From assembly GCA_038153405.1 (NCBI GenBank), contig JAYOYH010000001.1:200403-264402 (forward strand): a stretch of 64,000 nucleotides of DNA. The letters are read 5' to 3'. The DNA comes from Gemmatimonadota bacterium (GTDB lineage Bacteria > Latescibacterota > UBA2968 > UBA8231). Below the pieces are notes generated by a model, which was given only the letters and a program-made list of their open reading frames with translations, was not told the origin of the DNA and made no database searches. Made by a program: the position numbers and the translations under genes. Below, piece after piece: positions 18,925 to 29,121 of this stretch. The number at the start of each line of letters is the position of its first letter. Within the stretch, counting starts at the first letter, position 1.

Positions 18925-19188
18925 ATGCTTCGCCGAAGCGTAAAAGAGGGCGTGCACTATCGCGCGCTGGTCGATGGTGGAATGCTGTACGACGCCGAAC
19001 AGGGTTTAGTGCACCACCTGAATGCCACGGCAGCGCTCGTCTGGGAAGGGTGCCAAGCCGGCGCGTCGTCCGATGATCTGGAGGGGCAATTTGCCCATGA
19101 GTTTGGCGTCGCTGCGGCCGTTGCCCGCCGAGATGTCGAGCGCGTTATCGCCGACTTCATAGAAAGTGGATTGCTGAAATCGTGGTAG
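18925..19188 (+). CDS. PqqD-family (RiPP recognition element) protein
   Basis: LYD....VHHLNATAALVWE.C, A.RDV..VI..F...GLL; ~87 aa. Confidence 0.8.
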   Translation: MLRRSVKEGVHYRALVDGGMLYDAEQGLVHHLNATAALVWEGCQAGASSDDLEGQFAHEFGVAAAVARRDVERVIADFIESGLLKSW

Positions 19189-20285
19189 ATGTTGCCGGCA
19201 TATTAGAGCGCGCTGTCCTGGGCGACGACGACTCGGCGCTGCGGCGCTGCGGGAGCGGAGCGTGGTCGGTTGCAGGAGCGCGGGCAATCGACGATGGCGT
19301 GGCTGGCTGGCTGTATTGGCACAGCGTGCGCGGTGCATGGGACGTGCCGCCCGACGTGGGGGCGGCCTGGCAGCGCGCCTATCGAAAAAATGCGGCGCGC
19401 AATATCATTGCGTTGGAGCGCCTGAGTCACTGCCTTGCTGGATTAGAGCAAGCCGGGATAGAGGTGTTAATACTGCCGGGGGCGCCGCTGCTGGCTCACT
19501 ACCCCGACCTCGGCTGTCGGTCGATGGTTGACGTCGATATACTCGTCGAAGCAGGTTCGGCACCGTCTATCGCCGCATGGCTGCGCGCTTCGGGCTTTGC
19601 CTGTCCGCCGCGTCATCCGGACCTGTTTATCGGCAACGGCCTGGTGCTCGACGTCCATACCGATCTGTTTCACAGCGAGCGGATTGCCGCGCGCGGCTAC
19701 GTAGGGCAAATGCGTTTCGATGAAATGCGCGCGCGCGGCATCGAGTGCGACGTCAGCGGATTTGTGCTGCCTGCGCTCTGCCCAGAAGATGCTCTGCTCT
19801 ACTGTGCTGCGCACGCGCTGCGCCACAGCTATAGCCGCCTCGGTTGGCTGCTGGACCTGCGCTTGCTCATCGAAAGTTCCATTGACGAAACCGTAGTCTT
19901 GCACCGTGCCGAAGCGGACTCTATGCAGCGGCCACTGCTCTATGCCCTGCTCTTTCTACAGCGCTATAGAGCGCTTCCATCGCACTTGGCCTACTGGAGT
20001 TCAAGTCGTTCGGTAGCTATCGGAGAACGGTGGCTCATGAGGCGCATGTGGAGGGAGCGCAGGGATCGCGCATTAGGAGATTTTCTCTGGGCGTTTAGCG
20101 TCGACGGTGCGTGGCGTCGCGCGCGATTTATATTGGAGACGGCATTTCCCCGTCCGGCGGTTCTCATGCAGATATTCTCATTTCTTCCGACATCGCTCTT
20201 GCCGTTGGCCTATGTGCTGCGCCTTGGGCAGCTCCTGCTGCGCGGCGGGCGCCTGTTCGCCAGTATGGTTAGGAACGCGGGATGA
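19182..20285 (+). CDS. Nucleotidyltransferase family protein (NTP_transf_5-like)
   Basis: RSMVDVDILV, LDVH, CAAH..H, WLLDL. Confidence 0.8.
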   Translation: MVDVAGILERAVLGDDDSALRRCGSGAWSVAGARAIDDGVAGWLYWHSVRGAWDVPPDVGAAWQRAYRKNAARNIIALERLSHCLAGLEQAGIEVLILPGAPLLAHYPDLGCRSMVDVDILVEAGSAPSIAAWLRASGFACPPRHPDLFIGNGLVLDVHTDLFHSERIAARGYVGQMRFDEMRARGIECDVSGFVLPALCPEDALLYCAAHALRHSYSRLGWLLDLRLLIESSIDETVVLHRAEADSMQRPLLYALLFLQRYRALPSHLAYWSSSRSVAIGERWLMRRMWRERRDRALGDFLWAFSVDGAWRRARFILETAFPRPAVLMQIFSFLPTSLLPLAYVLRLGQLLLRGGRLFASMVRNAG

Positions 20286-21460
20286 TCGTTCGCACGGCCG
20301 TAATCTACTCATTCCTATTTTTGCCGTGGTGGCTGTTGGGCTGTGGGGGGCCGCCGCCGCCCGAGCTGCCCCCTCCACAGGTTGAGCGCCCCGCTGCTGC
20401 GCCCGTCATGCCGACCGATCCGCTGCGCCAGGCCTATGTCGAGAAGGGGCTATTCCCCGAGTATGTCGTAGGCCCCGACGATGAGTTGGAGATCGTTCTG
20501 CGCGACATCGACTTGCTGACGGAGGTTATCAACGTGCGGCTGGATGGCAATATATCCTTCTCGCTTGTCGAAAACCTCTACGTAGCGGGGATGACGGTCG
20601 GAGAGGTCGACTCAGCTCTCACGCGCGCACTGGGCGATTACCTGCGCCAGCCGAGGGTCGATGTGCAGGTTACGGAATACCGCAGCAAAGTCGTGTCGGT
20701 GCTGGGGGCCATTGAGGCGATTGGCCAGCAGGGGGTTAAGTCTGGACAGGGGCGTTACGCGCTGCGCAACAAGACGCGCTTGCTCGATATTATTCTCGAG
20801 GCAGGGGGCGCTACGCCGGATGCCCAACTCAACCAGGTCCAACTCATACGCGGGGGCGCTTCCTATACCTTTGATCTGCAGCGGGTGCTCAATACGGGGG
20901 ATCCCAGCCACAATCCAGTGCTGCAGGGCGACGATATTATCATCGTTCCCGGCACGTCGCGGCTGACGAAAAAAGTCATTATCCTCGGCGAGGTCCGCGC
21001 TCCCAATGTGTATCTCATGGCCAATGACGCCAGTCTCCTCGAAGTGCTGAGTCGCGCCGGCGGTTTGAGCGATGTGGCGCTGAAGGACGACATTCGCATT
21101 ATTCGCGGGGCTCAGCAGGGACCGACGATGTTCACCGTGAACTTTCAGCGGATCACTAGCGACGCCGACCTGCGGCAAAATGTCGTACTGGAAAACAACG
21201 ACATCGTCTTTGTGCCACGCAGCTTTATGGGCGATGTAAATGATGTGCTCACAAAAGTAGAACCGCTGTTGAATATTTTGCTGCTGCCGGGTACCTACCG
21301 ACAGTTCTACACAACGGGCGGCGGTCTGCGCTTGGATACCGGATCGCCTCCCGAAGCGGAGGCGGGCACCCAGATTTTTACCCAGCCGCTACCCGGCACA
21401 GGCGGCGGGGCCGGCAAAGTCGTTGCGCCAGAGGACGAAGAGGAAAAAAATGAACCCTAA
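20282..21460 (+). CDS. Polysaccharide export lipoprotein (Wza-like, SLBB repeats)
   Basis: LLGC lipobox, YVVGPDDEL, VRLDGNIS..L, repeated LGEV..P / L..DDII.VP. Confidence 0.88.
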   Translation: MIVRTAVIYSFLFLPWWLLGCGGPPPPELPPPQVERPAAAPVMPTDPLRQAYVEKGLFPEYVVGPDDELEIVLRDIDLLTEVINVRLDGNISFSLVENLYVAGMTVGEVDSALTRALGDYLRQPRVDVQVTEYRSKVVSVLGAIEAIGQQGVKSGQGRYALRNKTRLLDIILEAGGATPDAQLNQVQLIRGGASYTFDLQRVLNTGDPSHNPVLQGDDIIIVPGTSRLTKKVIILGEVRAPNVYLMANDASLLEVLSRAGGLSDVALKDDIRIIRGAQQGPTMFTVNFQRITSDADLRQNVVLENNDIVFVPRSFMGDVNDVLTKVEPLLNILLLPGTYRQFYTTGGGLRLDTGSPPEAEAGTQIFTQPLPGTGGGAGKVVAPEDEEEKNEP

Positions 21461-22406
21461 CCAGGCGCGGGTGGCCGAAAGCATTCTCGATACCGTCGGT
21501 TCGACGCCGCTGATCCGACTCAATCGCATCGCGCCACAGGATGGCTGTGCCATCTACGGAAAGCTGGAGTCGCGCAATCCGGCCGGCAGCGTAAAAGACC
21601 GCATTGGCATTAGTATGATTCGCGCCGCCGAGGAAGGCGGACAGCTGCGACGGGGGATGACGATCGTCGAACCTACCAGCGGCAATACGGGCATTGCCTT
21701 GGCCATGGCGGCAGCGGCTTTGGGCTATCGCCTGGTGCTGACGATGCCCGAAAATATGAGCGTTGAACGTCGCCTGGTCATGGCCAGCTACGGGGCCGAA
21801 CTGGAACTGACGCCCGCGGTCGCAGATATGCCGGGGGCCATACGCCGAGCCGAGGAGATCGTCGCCGGTGATCCGGCCAACCACTTTATGCCGCAGCAGT
21901 TTCACAATCCGGCCAATCCAGAAACCCACCGGCAAACGACGGCGCGCGAAATTCTCGACGCTACGCAGGGGCAGTTGGATGCGTTTATCGCCGGCGTGGG
22001 CACAGGGGGGACCATTACGGGCGTCGGTGCCACTCTCAAGGAGGCCTTGCCCGCCCTGCGCGTCGTCGCGATTGAGCCTGCGCGCTCGGCCGTTCTCAGC
22101 GGCCAAAAGGCGGGACTACACGGCATTCAGGGTATTGGCGCTGGCTTTGTGCCCGATGTGTTGGACCGCAGCGTGATAGACGAGGTGATAGCCATAGACG
22201 ACGACGAGGCGTTTCACTACGCGCGTCGTCTGGCGCGCGAAGAGGGCTTGTTGCTCGGGCCCTCTTCGGGGGCCAATGTCGCCGGCAGTTTGCGCATCGC
22301 CCAAACCATGAAGGCTGGGCAGCGCCTGGTGACGCTATTCTGCGATACGGGTTTTCGCTATTTCAGCGTGGAGGGTTTTGTCGAGGCTTCAGCGCAGGAG
22401 AAGTAG
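21450..22406 (+). CDS. cysK: Cysteine synthase A
   Basis: KLESRNPAGSVKDR, EPTSGNTG, QQFHNPAN, GVGTGGT, IQGIGAGF. Confidence 0.95.
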   Translation: MNPNQARVAESILDTVGSTPLIRLNRIAPQDGCAIYGKLESRNPAGSVKDRIGISMIRAAEEGGQLRRGMTIVEPTSGNTGIALAMAAAALGYRLVLTMPENMSVERRLVMASYGAELELTPAVADMPGAIRRAEEIVAGDPANHFMPQQFHNPANPETHRQTTAREILDATQGQLDAFIAGVGTGGTITGVGATLKEALPALRVVAIEPARSAVLSGQKAGLHGIQGIGAGFVPDVLDRSVIDEVIAIDDDEAFHYARRLAREEGLLLGPSSGANVAGSLRIAQTMKAGQRLVTLFCDTGFRYFSVEGFVEASAQEK

Positions 22407-24950
22407 TTTGCGCGCCTGCTGCAGTTGGCCCACGCGCAGCGAGAGCACATAGACGCCGCTAGAAACGGCATGCCCTCTATTGTCGCGTCCGTTCCAGCGG
22501 GTGCGGTGCACGCCCGCTTCAAGGCGCGCATGGAGCAGTTGGCGCACCGGCTGTCCCAACGCGTTGTATATTGCCAACTGGACCGTTTGATTCTCGCTCT
22601 CTGCGGGCAGGCTAAAGGCGATTTGGGTTTCGGCGTTAAATGGGTTGGGATAGGTCGGCTCCAGCGCAAAGCGCAGCGGAGCGGAATCGCTTGCGGAAAC
22701 CGCCGTATCGGCCGCGGGGAAGGTGGGCATCGCAACAGCGATGCCGCGCGGCTGCACGCCGGCGCTGTACTGTCCGATGCGCTCGTCTCCATCGCCGTCG
22801 ATCAGAATGGTTTCATCGGAAAACTCGTTGGTCACGAATACGCGCTTGCCGTCCGGCGAGAAGGAGATACCGCGCGGGTTTTCGCCGACCGATAGCTGGG
22901 CTCGCACCCGCAGCGTTTCGACGTCGAGAATCAGCAGTGCTCCCTCGTCATGTGCCGTCATGTAGAGTGTATTCCCGGCTGGGTTGAGTGCGATGGCGAA
23001 GGTGCCGGCCACGGGGAGTTCCACCTGTCGGGTCACGCGCTCGCTTTCGGCGTCGATGACCGTCAGCTCATTTGCGCCCATGTTGGCCACGTAGAGCGTG
23101 CTGCCGTCATCGCTGATGGCCAGCGAGCGCGGCTGCGAGGCTACGGCGATGCGCGATTGCACCGCGCCTTGCAGATCCATGACCAGCACGCGGTTGTTGG
23201 CCAGGTCGGTCGCAAAGAGTTTGTCGCTGCTTGCGGCCATGCCGTAGGGCCCCCTCTCGATCCCGGAAATCCACACCGTGCGCGCCGAAGCCGATTCCAC
23301 ATCGACGAGGGTGAGTGCCCCTGCGCCTGAGTTGGTCGCGTAGAGCCTGCGGCCGTCCGGACTGAGCGCCATATCGAGAGGTTCAATCGCCGTTTGTATG
23401 CGCTGTATTTCCTGGAAGGTCGTCGTGGAAATGACGCTTATTTCATTCGATCCCAGGTTGGATGCGTAGAGGGTGCTTCCATCTCGGCTCAGCAAGACCT
23501 GGATGGGCTCGTCGCCAACGGCGATGCGCGCCATTTCGCTGCGCGTCTCTGTGTCGACGACGCTGATTACGTCTTCGCCGCGCAGGGCGGTAAATGCCAA
23601 CGGTGCTCCGCTTAGCTTAACTACGTCAAATCCCAGCCATTGTCCCTCACTGGGAAAAAAGGATTGGGCCACGCTGTCGTTGCGCGCTTCGATGCGGTAC
23701 TCGACGCGCGTGCCGGCCGGTTGGCCGGGGATTTCAGCGGAAAAGAGGTCGTCGGCCTCTGCGCGCATGGCGATTCGACGGGATGCTGCAGCGCCGTCGA
23801 TGCGATAGTGCAACCATATCTGGTCGGCGTAGAGGACCTGCATGCGAATGGCGTAGGGACCGGCGGTATCTGGGGTATTGGCCGCTAGACCATAGGGTTC
23901 TACGCTGGGATAGCCAGGCCGCGTAAATCCCGTGACAAAATCGATGGGGGCCAGGGTTTGCCCAGCGGCTACATCGAGAATGTAGGCCAGGTTTTCGTCG
24001 CGGCTGTTATCGTAGTACTCCTCTGCAAATCCAGTGGAAAAGTTGGTGAAGACACCGCCGAAACTCTCCTCGTCGATTGCGCCTTCAATGGTGGATAGGA
24101 GGAGTCGGTAGCGGCCCGGAGTTAGCCCGTCGAGTTGGTAGGCACCCCCGCGTCCATCGTAGGCGCCTGAAACCGCGCTATACTGCGCTCTCGTCTCGAG
24201 ATTGAGGGCGGTGATATGGGTGCCGAAGAGCCCGTTGCCGCCGATATCGCTGACCGTGCCGCCAATGCTGCCGACGCTGAGCGGATATGTGCTGGTCGGG
24301 TAGAGAAAGCTAATGCCGGCTATATCGTCGGCTTCGAGGCTTTGCCCTAGGCCGGGGCCATCGCCGCGATTAAAGGGATTCATCGTCGGTCGCACGCTGG
24401 CTGGACCGTCGAGCGGGGTGTGTTCCAAGCCGAGCAGGTGGCCGATTTCGTGCACGGCAACGTCCTTTAGATCGACCCGTCCGACCGTGGGCGTCGACGG
24501 CCCCGAAAAGCGGAAGTCGCGCCCGTTGAATATGATGTCGGCATCGACAATTTCTCCCGTGAGCGCATCGGAATTGATGCGCGTTACGGCGATGATGCCC
24601 GATCCCTGCGGAACCTGGAGAAAGGCGTTGGTCTCGTCAAAGTAGACCAGGTTGCGGCGGTCGCGCCGACTGGGTGTGCGCGCGGATGTTTCGCCTAGAT
24701 CGGAGAAGGCGACGCGTGACCCCGGCACATCTTCCCAGATTTGAAAGCTCTCGCGCAGCAGGCGGTGTGCTTCCTCTGGGGGCATATCGTCCGATCCGGC
24801 GCTAAACAGGACAAAGGGAATGCGTTCTGGGGTGCGCCAGACCTGCTGAACGGGCCCGGAGTCGCCTTGAAACGTTTGGATGAGGAACGCCGCGCTTGGT
24901 TGGGCAAGGGAACAGCACAGCGCGAGGAGTGCCCAAAGCCTAATGCGCAT
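22389..24950 (-). CDS. Secreted matrixin-type zinc metalloprotease with YVTN beta-propeller and FlgD/T9SS-like C-terminal domain
   Basis: Signal peptide; DADIIFN; HEIGHLLGLEH; PTMNP Met-turn; LYASN/LYATN/LYVAN/VFVTN repeats; YPNPFN...IYNALGQ...WNGRD..G..VSSGVY...KLLLLR. Confidence 0.88.
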   Translation of the reverse strand: MRIRLWALLALCCSLAQPSAAFLIQTFQGDSGPVQQVWRTPERIPFVLFSAGSDDMPPEEAHRLLRESFQIWEDVPGSRVAFSDLGETSARTPSRRDRRNLVYFDETNAFLQVPQGSGIIAVTRINSDALTGEIVDADIIFNGRDFRFSGPSTPTVGRVDLKDVAVHEIGHLLGLEHTPLDGPASVRPTMNPFNRGDGPGLGQSLEADDIAGISFLYPTSTYPLSVGSIGGTVSDIGGNGLFGTHITALNLETRAQYSAVSGAYDGRGGAYQLDGLTPGRYRLLLSTIEGAIDEESFGGVFTNFSTGFAEEYYDNSRDENLAYILDVAAGQTLAPIDFVTGFTRPGYPSVEPYGLAANTPDTAGPYAIRMQVLYADQIWLHYRIDGAAASRRIAMRAEADDLFSAEIPGQPAGTRVEYRIEARNDSVAQSFFPSEGQWLGFDVVKLSGAPLAFTALRGEDVISVVDTETRSEMARIAVGDEPIQVLLSRDGSTLYASNLGSNEISVISTTTFQEIQRIQTAIEPLDMALSPDGRRLYATNSGAGALTLVDVESASARTVWISGIERGPYGMAASSDKLFATDLANNRVLVMDLQGAVQSRIAVASQPRSLAISDDGSTLYVANMGANELTVIDAESERVTRQVELPVAGTFAIALNPAGNTLYMTAHDEGALLILDVETLRVRAQLSVGENPRGISFSPDGKRVFVTNEFSDETILIDGDGDERIGQYSAGVQPRGIAVAMPTFPAADTAVSASDSAPLRFALEPTYPNPFNAETQIAFSLPAESENQTVQLAIYNALGQPVRQLLHARLEAGVHRTRWNGRDNRGHAVSSGVYVLSLRVGQLQQARKLLLLR

Positions 24951-25488
24951 CGCCTTGAACCCCTGCCAGCGCGCGCACGCGGTTGAGAAAAAGGCGCAGG
25001 TCAGCGCCCTGAACGGGCTCGATGCGCCCGGCCGGCTTCGCGACTGCATTGCGCATAGTCAAGCCCTCTAGTCGCTGGTACACGCGCGCGGCGCTGTCGA
25101 TACTGCGTTCAATGCGGAAGGCGCCCTGGCCCAAGCCGATGGGCCAGGCATGCCCCAATTCGTTTTGGGCGGTGAGAAAGAGAACGCTCTCCGATCCGGA
25201 GGCAAAGGTCGGCATACCGGCGATGCGCGATTGGATCCCCTGAAAGAGGCCGCCGGGCAGGTGCAGTTTAATCTGCTGCTGAGAAGGGCCCTTCACGGTT
25301 TCGGATACGGCAAATTCGTAGCGCGTATAGACCGCGCCGTTGATCAATTCCGGTTCGCTCTTGAGGCAGGTGACGACGAGGATGCGCGCGGCTTGGCCCG
25401 CCAACTGATCCAGGCTAAAGCGCTCGACGGTCGTCGCGTGGATCTGGGCGGTAAAGAGCGAGGTAAGGGCGATGAGAAAGTAGGGCAT
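24940..25488 (-). CDS. Secreted hypothetical protein resembling the N-terminal module found on matrixin proteins
   Basis: Signal peptide; ATT....LDQL, YT.Y.F.V.ETVKG, LPGG, GMPTF..G..VLFL, GLGQG.FRI; stop overlaps protease start. Confidence 0.75.
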   Translation of the reverse strand: MPYFLIALTSLFTAQIHATTVERFSLDQLAGQAARILVVTCLKSEPELINGAVYTRYEFAVSETVKGPSQQQIKLHLPGGLFQGIQSRIAGMPTFASGSESVLFLTAQNELGHAWPIGLGQGAFRIERSIDSAARVYQRLEGLTMRNAVAKPAGRIEPVQGADLRLFLNRVRALAGVQGDAH

Positions 25489-25692
25489 GGCGGTCCATTT
25501 CTCGAGTCAACGCGCTTGCGCGCATGGAGAATATACGCAGAAATATGCACCGTGCACGCGGCGACGTGTGTACTACAGCACTGCAGACTGTCCGTTGGCG
25601 CAAAAGTTGCCCGGTTGCCACGACAGGAGGAAGAAGGGAAAGCAAATTATTGCGAGCGGTGGGTCAACTCGGGGACGATCTAAACCGGCCCA

Positions 25693-25704
25693 TTTGTATA
25701 CAAA
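25693..25704. promoter_or_regulatory. Perfect palindrome, GntR-type operator-like
   Basis: TTTGTATACAAA in a divergent intergenic region. Confidence 0.4.
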
Positions 25705-25764
25705 CTGGTCCATTTAAATGCAAATGCGGGGGACTGCAAGGTCGGCCGTACCCCCTGCGTGCAG

Positions 25765-25796
25765 TTGACTGACATTCACGTTTACGTTAATATAAA
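25765..25796 (+). promoter_or_regulatory. MerR-type promoter/operator
   Basis: TTGACT, then dyad ATTCACGT-TT-ACGTTAAT within the spacer, then TATAAA. Confidence 0.65.
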
Positions 25797-25837
25797 ACAA
25801 CACTGTGGTATGCCCTTTTAGTGAAGAAGATGAACTC

Positions 25838-26302
25838 ATGATGCAAATTGGCGATCTGGCAGGTCGAGCAGGGGTCACGACGCGCACCATCCGCTATTAT
25901 GAGGAATTGGGCATTGTTGAACCTGAGGAACGCACCGAGGGCGGATTTCGCCTCTATTCCGAGGCGCAGCTGCGTCGCTTAAAGATCATACAGGGCCTTA
26001 AAGAGCTCGGATTCGAGTTGGAGCGCATCCGCGAGCTGTTCAGCTTGAAAGAGTGCAGCAAAACGGGCGGTGAACTCGCCACATCACTGGTCGAACACCT
26101 GCGCTGGCAACAGGAGGAGATTGATGCGCGCATCGCGCACTACTCAAAAATGAGAGCGCGCAATGACAAGGCCATCGATATTCTCAAGGGATGTCTCTGC
26201 TGCGACAAGCGTATTGTTGAACGGGACTGCCATCACTGCGGCGTGTACTGTCAGCACGATGAGGTGCCCGACGTAATCGAATCGTCCATATTTGAGAAGT
26301 GA
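25838..26302 (+). CDS. MerR-family regulator with Cys-rich C-terminus
   Basis: IGDLA..AGVTTRTIRYYEELGI, RTEGGFRLYS; tail CLCC-x8-CHHC-x3-C. Confidence 0.92.
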   Translation: MMQIGDLAGRAGVTTRTIRYYEELGIVEPEERTEGGFRLYSEAQLRRLKIIQGLKELGFELERIRELFSLKECSKTGGELATSLVEHLRWQQEEIDARIAHYSKMRARNDKAIDILKGCLCCDKRIVERDCHHCGVYCQHDEVPDVIESSIFEK

Positions 26303-26351
26303 GAACGCGATGCCGAAGCTCGTGGGGGATCTTCTGGGGAAGGAATGCGGT

Positions 26352-26675
26352 ATGGTTATTGTCACGGATGCAGCCGCTGAAAAAATCAAGACGCTGATTG
26401 CCAAAGAGGGCGATGCGCACAGCGGTCTGCGCATGGGCGTCATGGGTGGGGGATGTTCCGGCTTTCAGTACAAGCTGGAATTTGCCGCCGAGAGCGGCGA
26501 TTTGGACCACATCTTTGAAACAAAAGGCGTAAAGCTATTTATCGACATGAAGAGCAGCCTCTACCTGAACGGCGTGACGCTCGACTATCACGATGGGCTG
26601 ATGGGCGCGGGGTTCAAAATCGAGAATCCCAACGCGCGCACGACGTGCGGCTGCGGCGAGTCGTTTAGCGCCTGA
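26352..26675 (+). CDS. iscA: A-type Fe-S carrier (IscA/ErpA/HesB)
   Basis: GGGCSGFQY, NPNA..TCGCGESF. Confidence 0.93.
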   Translation: MVIVTDAAAEKIKTLIAKEGDAHSGLRMGVMGGGCSGFQYKLEFAAESGDLDHIFETKGVKLFIDMKSSLYLNGVTLDYHDGLMGAGFKIENPNARTTCGCGESFSA

Positions 26676-26687
26676 AGCGCATCGGGC

Positions 26688-27884
26688 GTGCACCCACCTA
26701 CCATTTACATGGACAACCTGGCGACGACGCCGGTTGACCGCCGCGTCCTCGACGCCATGCTGCCCTATTTCTCCGAGCAGTTCGGCAACGCGTCGAGTGC
26801 GACGCATGCCCTAGGCAACGATGCGGCGATAGCCGTGGCGCAAGCCCGTTGTCAAGTCGCCGCACTCCTCAACGCACGCGATCGAGAAATCCTCTTCACT
26901 TCGGGTGCAACCGAAGCCAATAATCTGGCGTTGAAGGGCGTCGCCGAGCAGGTCGGCGGCGGCCATATTATCACTGCCAAGACCGAACACAAAGCCGTGC
27001 TCGACACCTGTAAGAGTTTGGAACGGCGCGGTTTCAGCGCGACGTATCTCGATGTGGACCGGCATGGCTGCATCGACATAGACGCGTTGGAGCGGGCCAT
27101 TTCCGACGAGACGATTCTGGTTTCCCTGATGGCGGCTAATAACGAAGTGGGCACGCTGCATCCGCTGGAAGCCATTGGCGCGCTTTGCAAGGCGCGCGGC
27201 GTGCTTTTTCACTGCGATGCGGCGCAGGCTGTTGGAAAAATTGAAATAGACGTCGAGGCGCAGGGTATCGATCTATTGTCCCTATCGGCGCATAAGTTTT
27301 ACGGACCCAAAGGGGTTGGCGCGCTGTATGTGCGCTCGCGCTCGCCGCGCGTCCGCCTCTGTCCCCAGCAGGATGGCGGCGGTCAAGAGCGCGGTTGGCG
27401 CGCCGGCACGCTCAACGTGCCTGGGATCGTCGGCCTGGGTATGGCCTGTCAACTCGCTGCAGCCGAATGGCCAAGCGAGGCAGAGCGCCTGATAGCCCTG
27501 CGCTGCCGATTGCGTGCGGGCCTGTCGAGGGTGTTATTAGGGGACGAGTTGAACGGCCATGAAAGCCGGCGTTTGCCCGGCCATTTAAGCCTTAGCTTTG
27601 GCCGGATCGACGGGGCGGAATTGCTGGCCAAGTTGCGGGGGATTGCCCTGTCGTTGGGTGCGGCGTGTTCATCCGATTCGCCGACGCCTTCGCACGTTCT
27701 GGCCGCTATGGGATTCGATGATATGCGGGCGCGTTCGACGCTGCGCTTTGGCCTCGGTCGCTTCACCACAGAGCGCGAAGTCGACTGCGTTGCAGAGCGC
27801 GTCGCCGCGGCCGTCGAACACCTGCGCGGTGCAGACCTCGATCTGCGCCCGTCGAATGGAGTGGATAAAACAGCGGTAGTTTAA
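26688..27884 (+). CDS. iscS: Cysteine desulfurase (IscS/NifS group I)
   Basis: YMDNLATTP, FTSGATEANN, SAHKFYGPKGVG, GGGQE, SLGAACSS. Confidence 0.92.
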   Translation: MHPPTIYMDNLATTPVDRRVLDAMLPYFSEQFGNASSATHALGNDAAIAVAQARCQVAALLNARDREILFTSGATEANNLALKGVAEQVGGGHIITAKTEHKAVLDTCKSLERRGFSATYLDVDRHGCIDIDALERAISDETILVSLMAANNEVGTLHPLEAIGALCKARGVLFHCDAAQAVGKIEIDVEAQGIDLLSLSAHKFYGPKGVGALYVRSRSPRVRLCPQQDGGGQERGWRAGTLNVPGIVGLGMACQLAAAEWPSEAERLIALRCRLRAGLSRVLLGDELNGHESRRLPGHLSLSFGRIDGAELLAKLRGIALSLGAACSSDSPTPSHVLAAMGFDDMRARSTLRFGLGRFTTEREVDCVAERVAAAVEHLRGADLDLRPSNGVDKTAVV

Positions 27885-27905
27885 GGATCATCGGGAGGAG
27901 GAAAT

Positions 27906-29093
27906 ATGAGCGTGACGTCGAGTCAGCTTCTCAATCAGGTCAAGCAAAGCATTGCCGAAGTAACGGCGACCCAAGTTCAGCAGACCCTCAAGGACGGCAA
28001 GGACGTCCACATTGTGGATGTGCGCGAGCGCGACGAGGTGATGGACGGCTATATTCCCGGGGCGGCGCTAATCCCGCGCGGCTTTCTCGAACTCAATATC
28101 GAGGAAGACGTGACGATGAACCGGGAGGCCGAAATCGTGCTCTACTGCGCCGGGGGCAATCGCTCAGCGCTAGCGGCGCGCGATCTGGCATTTATGGGCT
28201 ACACCAACGTGAAGTCCATGATCGGCGGTTTCAAGGGATGGAAAGATGCCGGCTACGATTTTGAGCAGGGGGGGCTGCTGTCGGAGGAAGACATGCAGCG
28301 CTATGCGCGCCATATCATTTTGCCGGAAGTTGGTGAGCAGGGCCAGCAGAAATTGCTCAAAGGTCGCGTGTTGTTGGTTGGCGTCGGCGGCTTGGGATGT
28401 CCCACCGCGCTCTATCTGGCTGCGGCGGGTATCGGTCGAATCGGTTTGGTCGATGCCGACGTAGTCGACAAGAGCAACCTGCAGCGGCAAGTGCTCTTTA
28501 GCGAATCGGATGTCGGCCGTCCCAAGGTCGAGGCGGCGCGCGATCGCTTACTCGGATTAAATCCCGGCATTGACGTGCGCACGCACTACGAATTGCTTAC
28601 GTCGCACAATATCTACGATGTGATGGCCGATTACGACATCATCGTAAACGGCTGCGACAACTTTCCGACGCGCTATTTAGTCAACGATGCGGCCGTATTG
28701 ACGGGCAAGCCAGTAGTCGACGGCAGCATCTTTCGCTTTGAAGGTCAGGCGACGGTTTACATGCCCGGCGATGGTCCGTGTTATCGCTGTCTCTATCCAG
28801 AACCGCCACCGCCCGGAGAAGTGCCGAGCTGTGCCGAGGGCGGCGTTTTGGGCGTGCTGCCCGGCACGGTCGGGCTGATGCAGGCGACGGAGGTAATTAA
28901 GCTGGTCTTGGGCGAGGGTAAGCTGCTGATCGGGCGCGTGCTGCTTTACGATGCCATGGATATGAAGTTTCGCGAGCTAAAACTGCGCCGTGACAGCGAG
29001 TGTCCTGTATGCGGTGACAATCCAACGGTCACGGAGCTGATCGACTACCAGCAGTTTTGTGGGTTGCCTTCGCACAGCGAGGCAGCGGGTTGA
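27906..29093 (+). CDS. moeB: Rhodanese + MoeB/ThiF adenylyltransferase (MoeZ-like)
   Basis: DVRE, LYCAGGNRS; RYARHIILPEVG, GVGGLG, SNLQRQ, CYRC, CPVC. Confidence 0.92.
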   Translation: MSVTSSQLLNQVKQSIAEVTATQVQQTLKDGKDVHIVDVRERDEVMDGYIPGAALIPRGFLELNIEEDVTMNREAEIVLYCAGGNRSALAARDLAFMGYTNVKSMIGGFKGWKDAGYDFEQGGLLSEEDMQRYARHIILPEVGEQGQQKLLKGRVLLVGVGGLGCPTALYLAAAGIGRIGLVDADVVDKSNLQRQVLFSESDVGRPKVEAARDRLLGLNPGIDVRTHYELLTSHNIYDVMADYDIIVNGCDNFPTRYLVNDAAVLTGKPVVDGSIFRFEGQATVYMPGDGPCYRCLYPEPPPPGEVPSCAEGGVLGVLPGTVGLMQATEVIKLVLGEGKLLIGRVLLYDAMDMKFRELKLRRDSECPVCGDNPTVTELIDYQQFCGLPSHSEAAG

Positions 29094-29121
29094 TTTAAAT
29101 CGCGCATAACCCGATATTTTT

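Noticed and set aside
18925..20285. Lasso peptide or PQQ cluster
   Set aside because: No precursor, cyclase, peptidase, PqqC/E or rSAM in the window.
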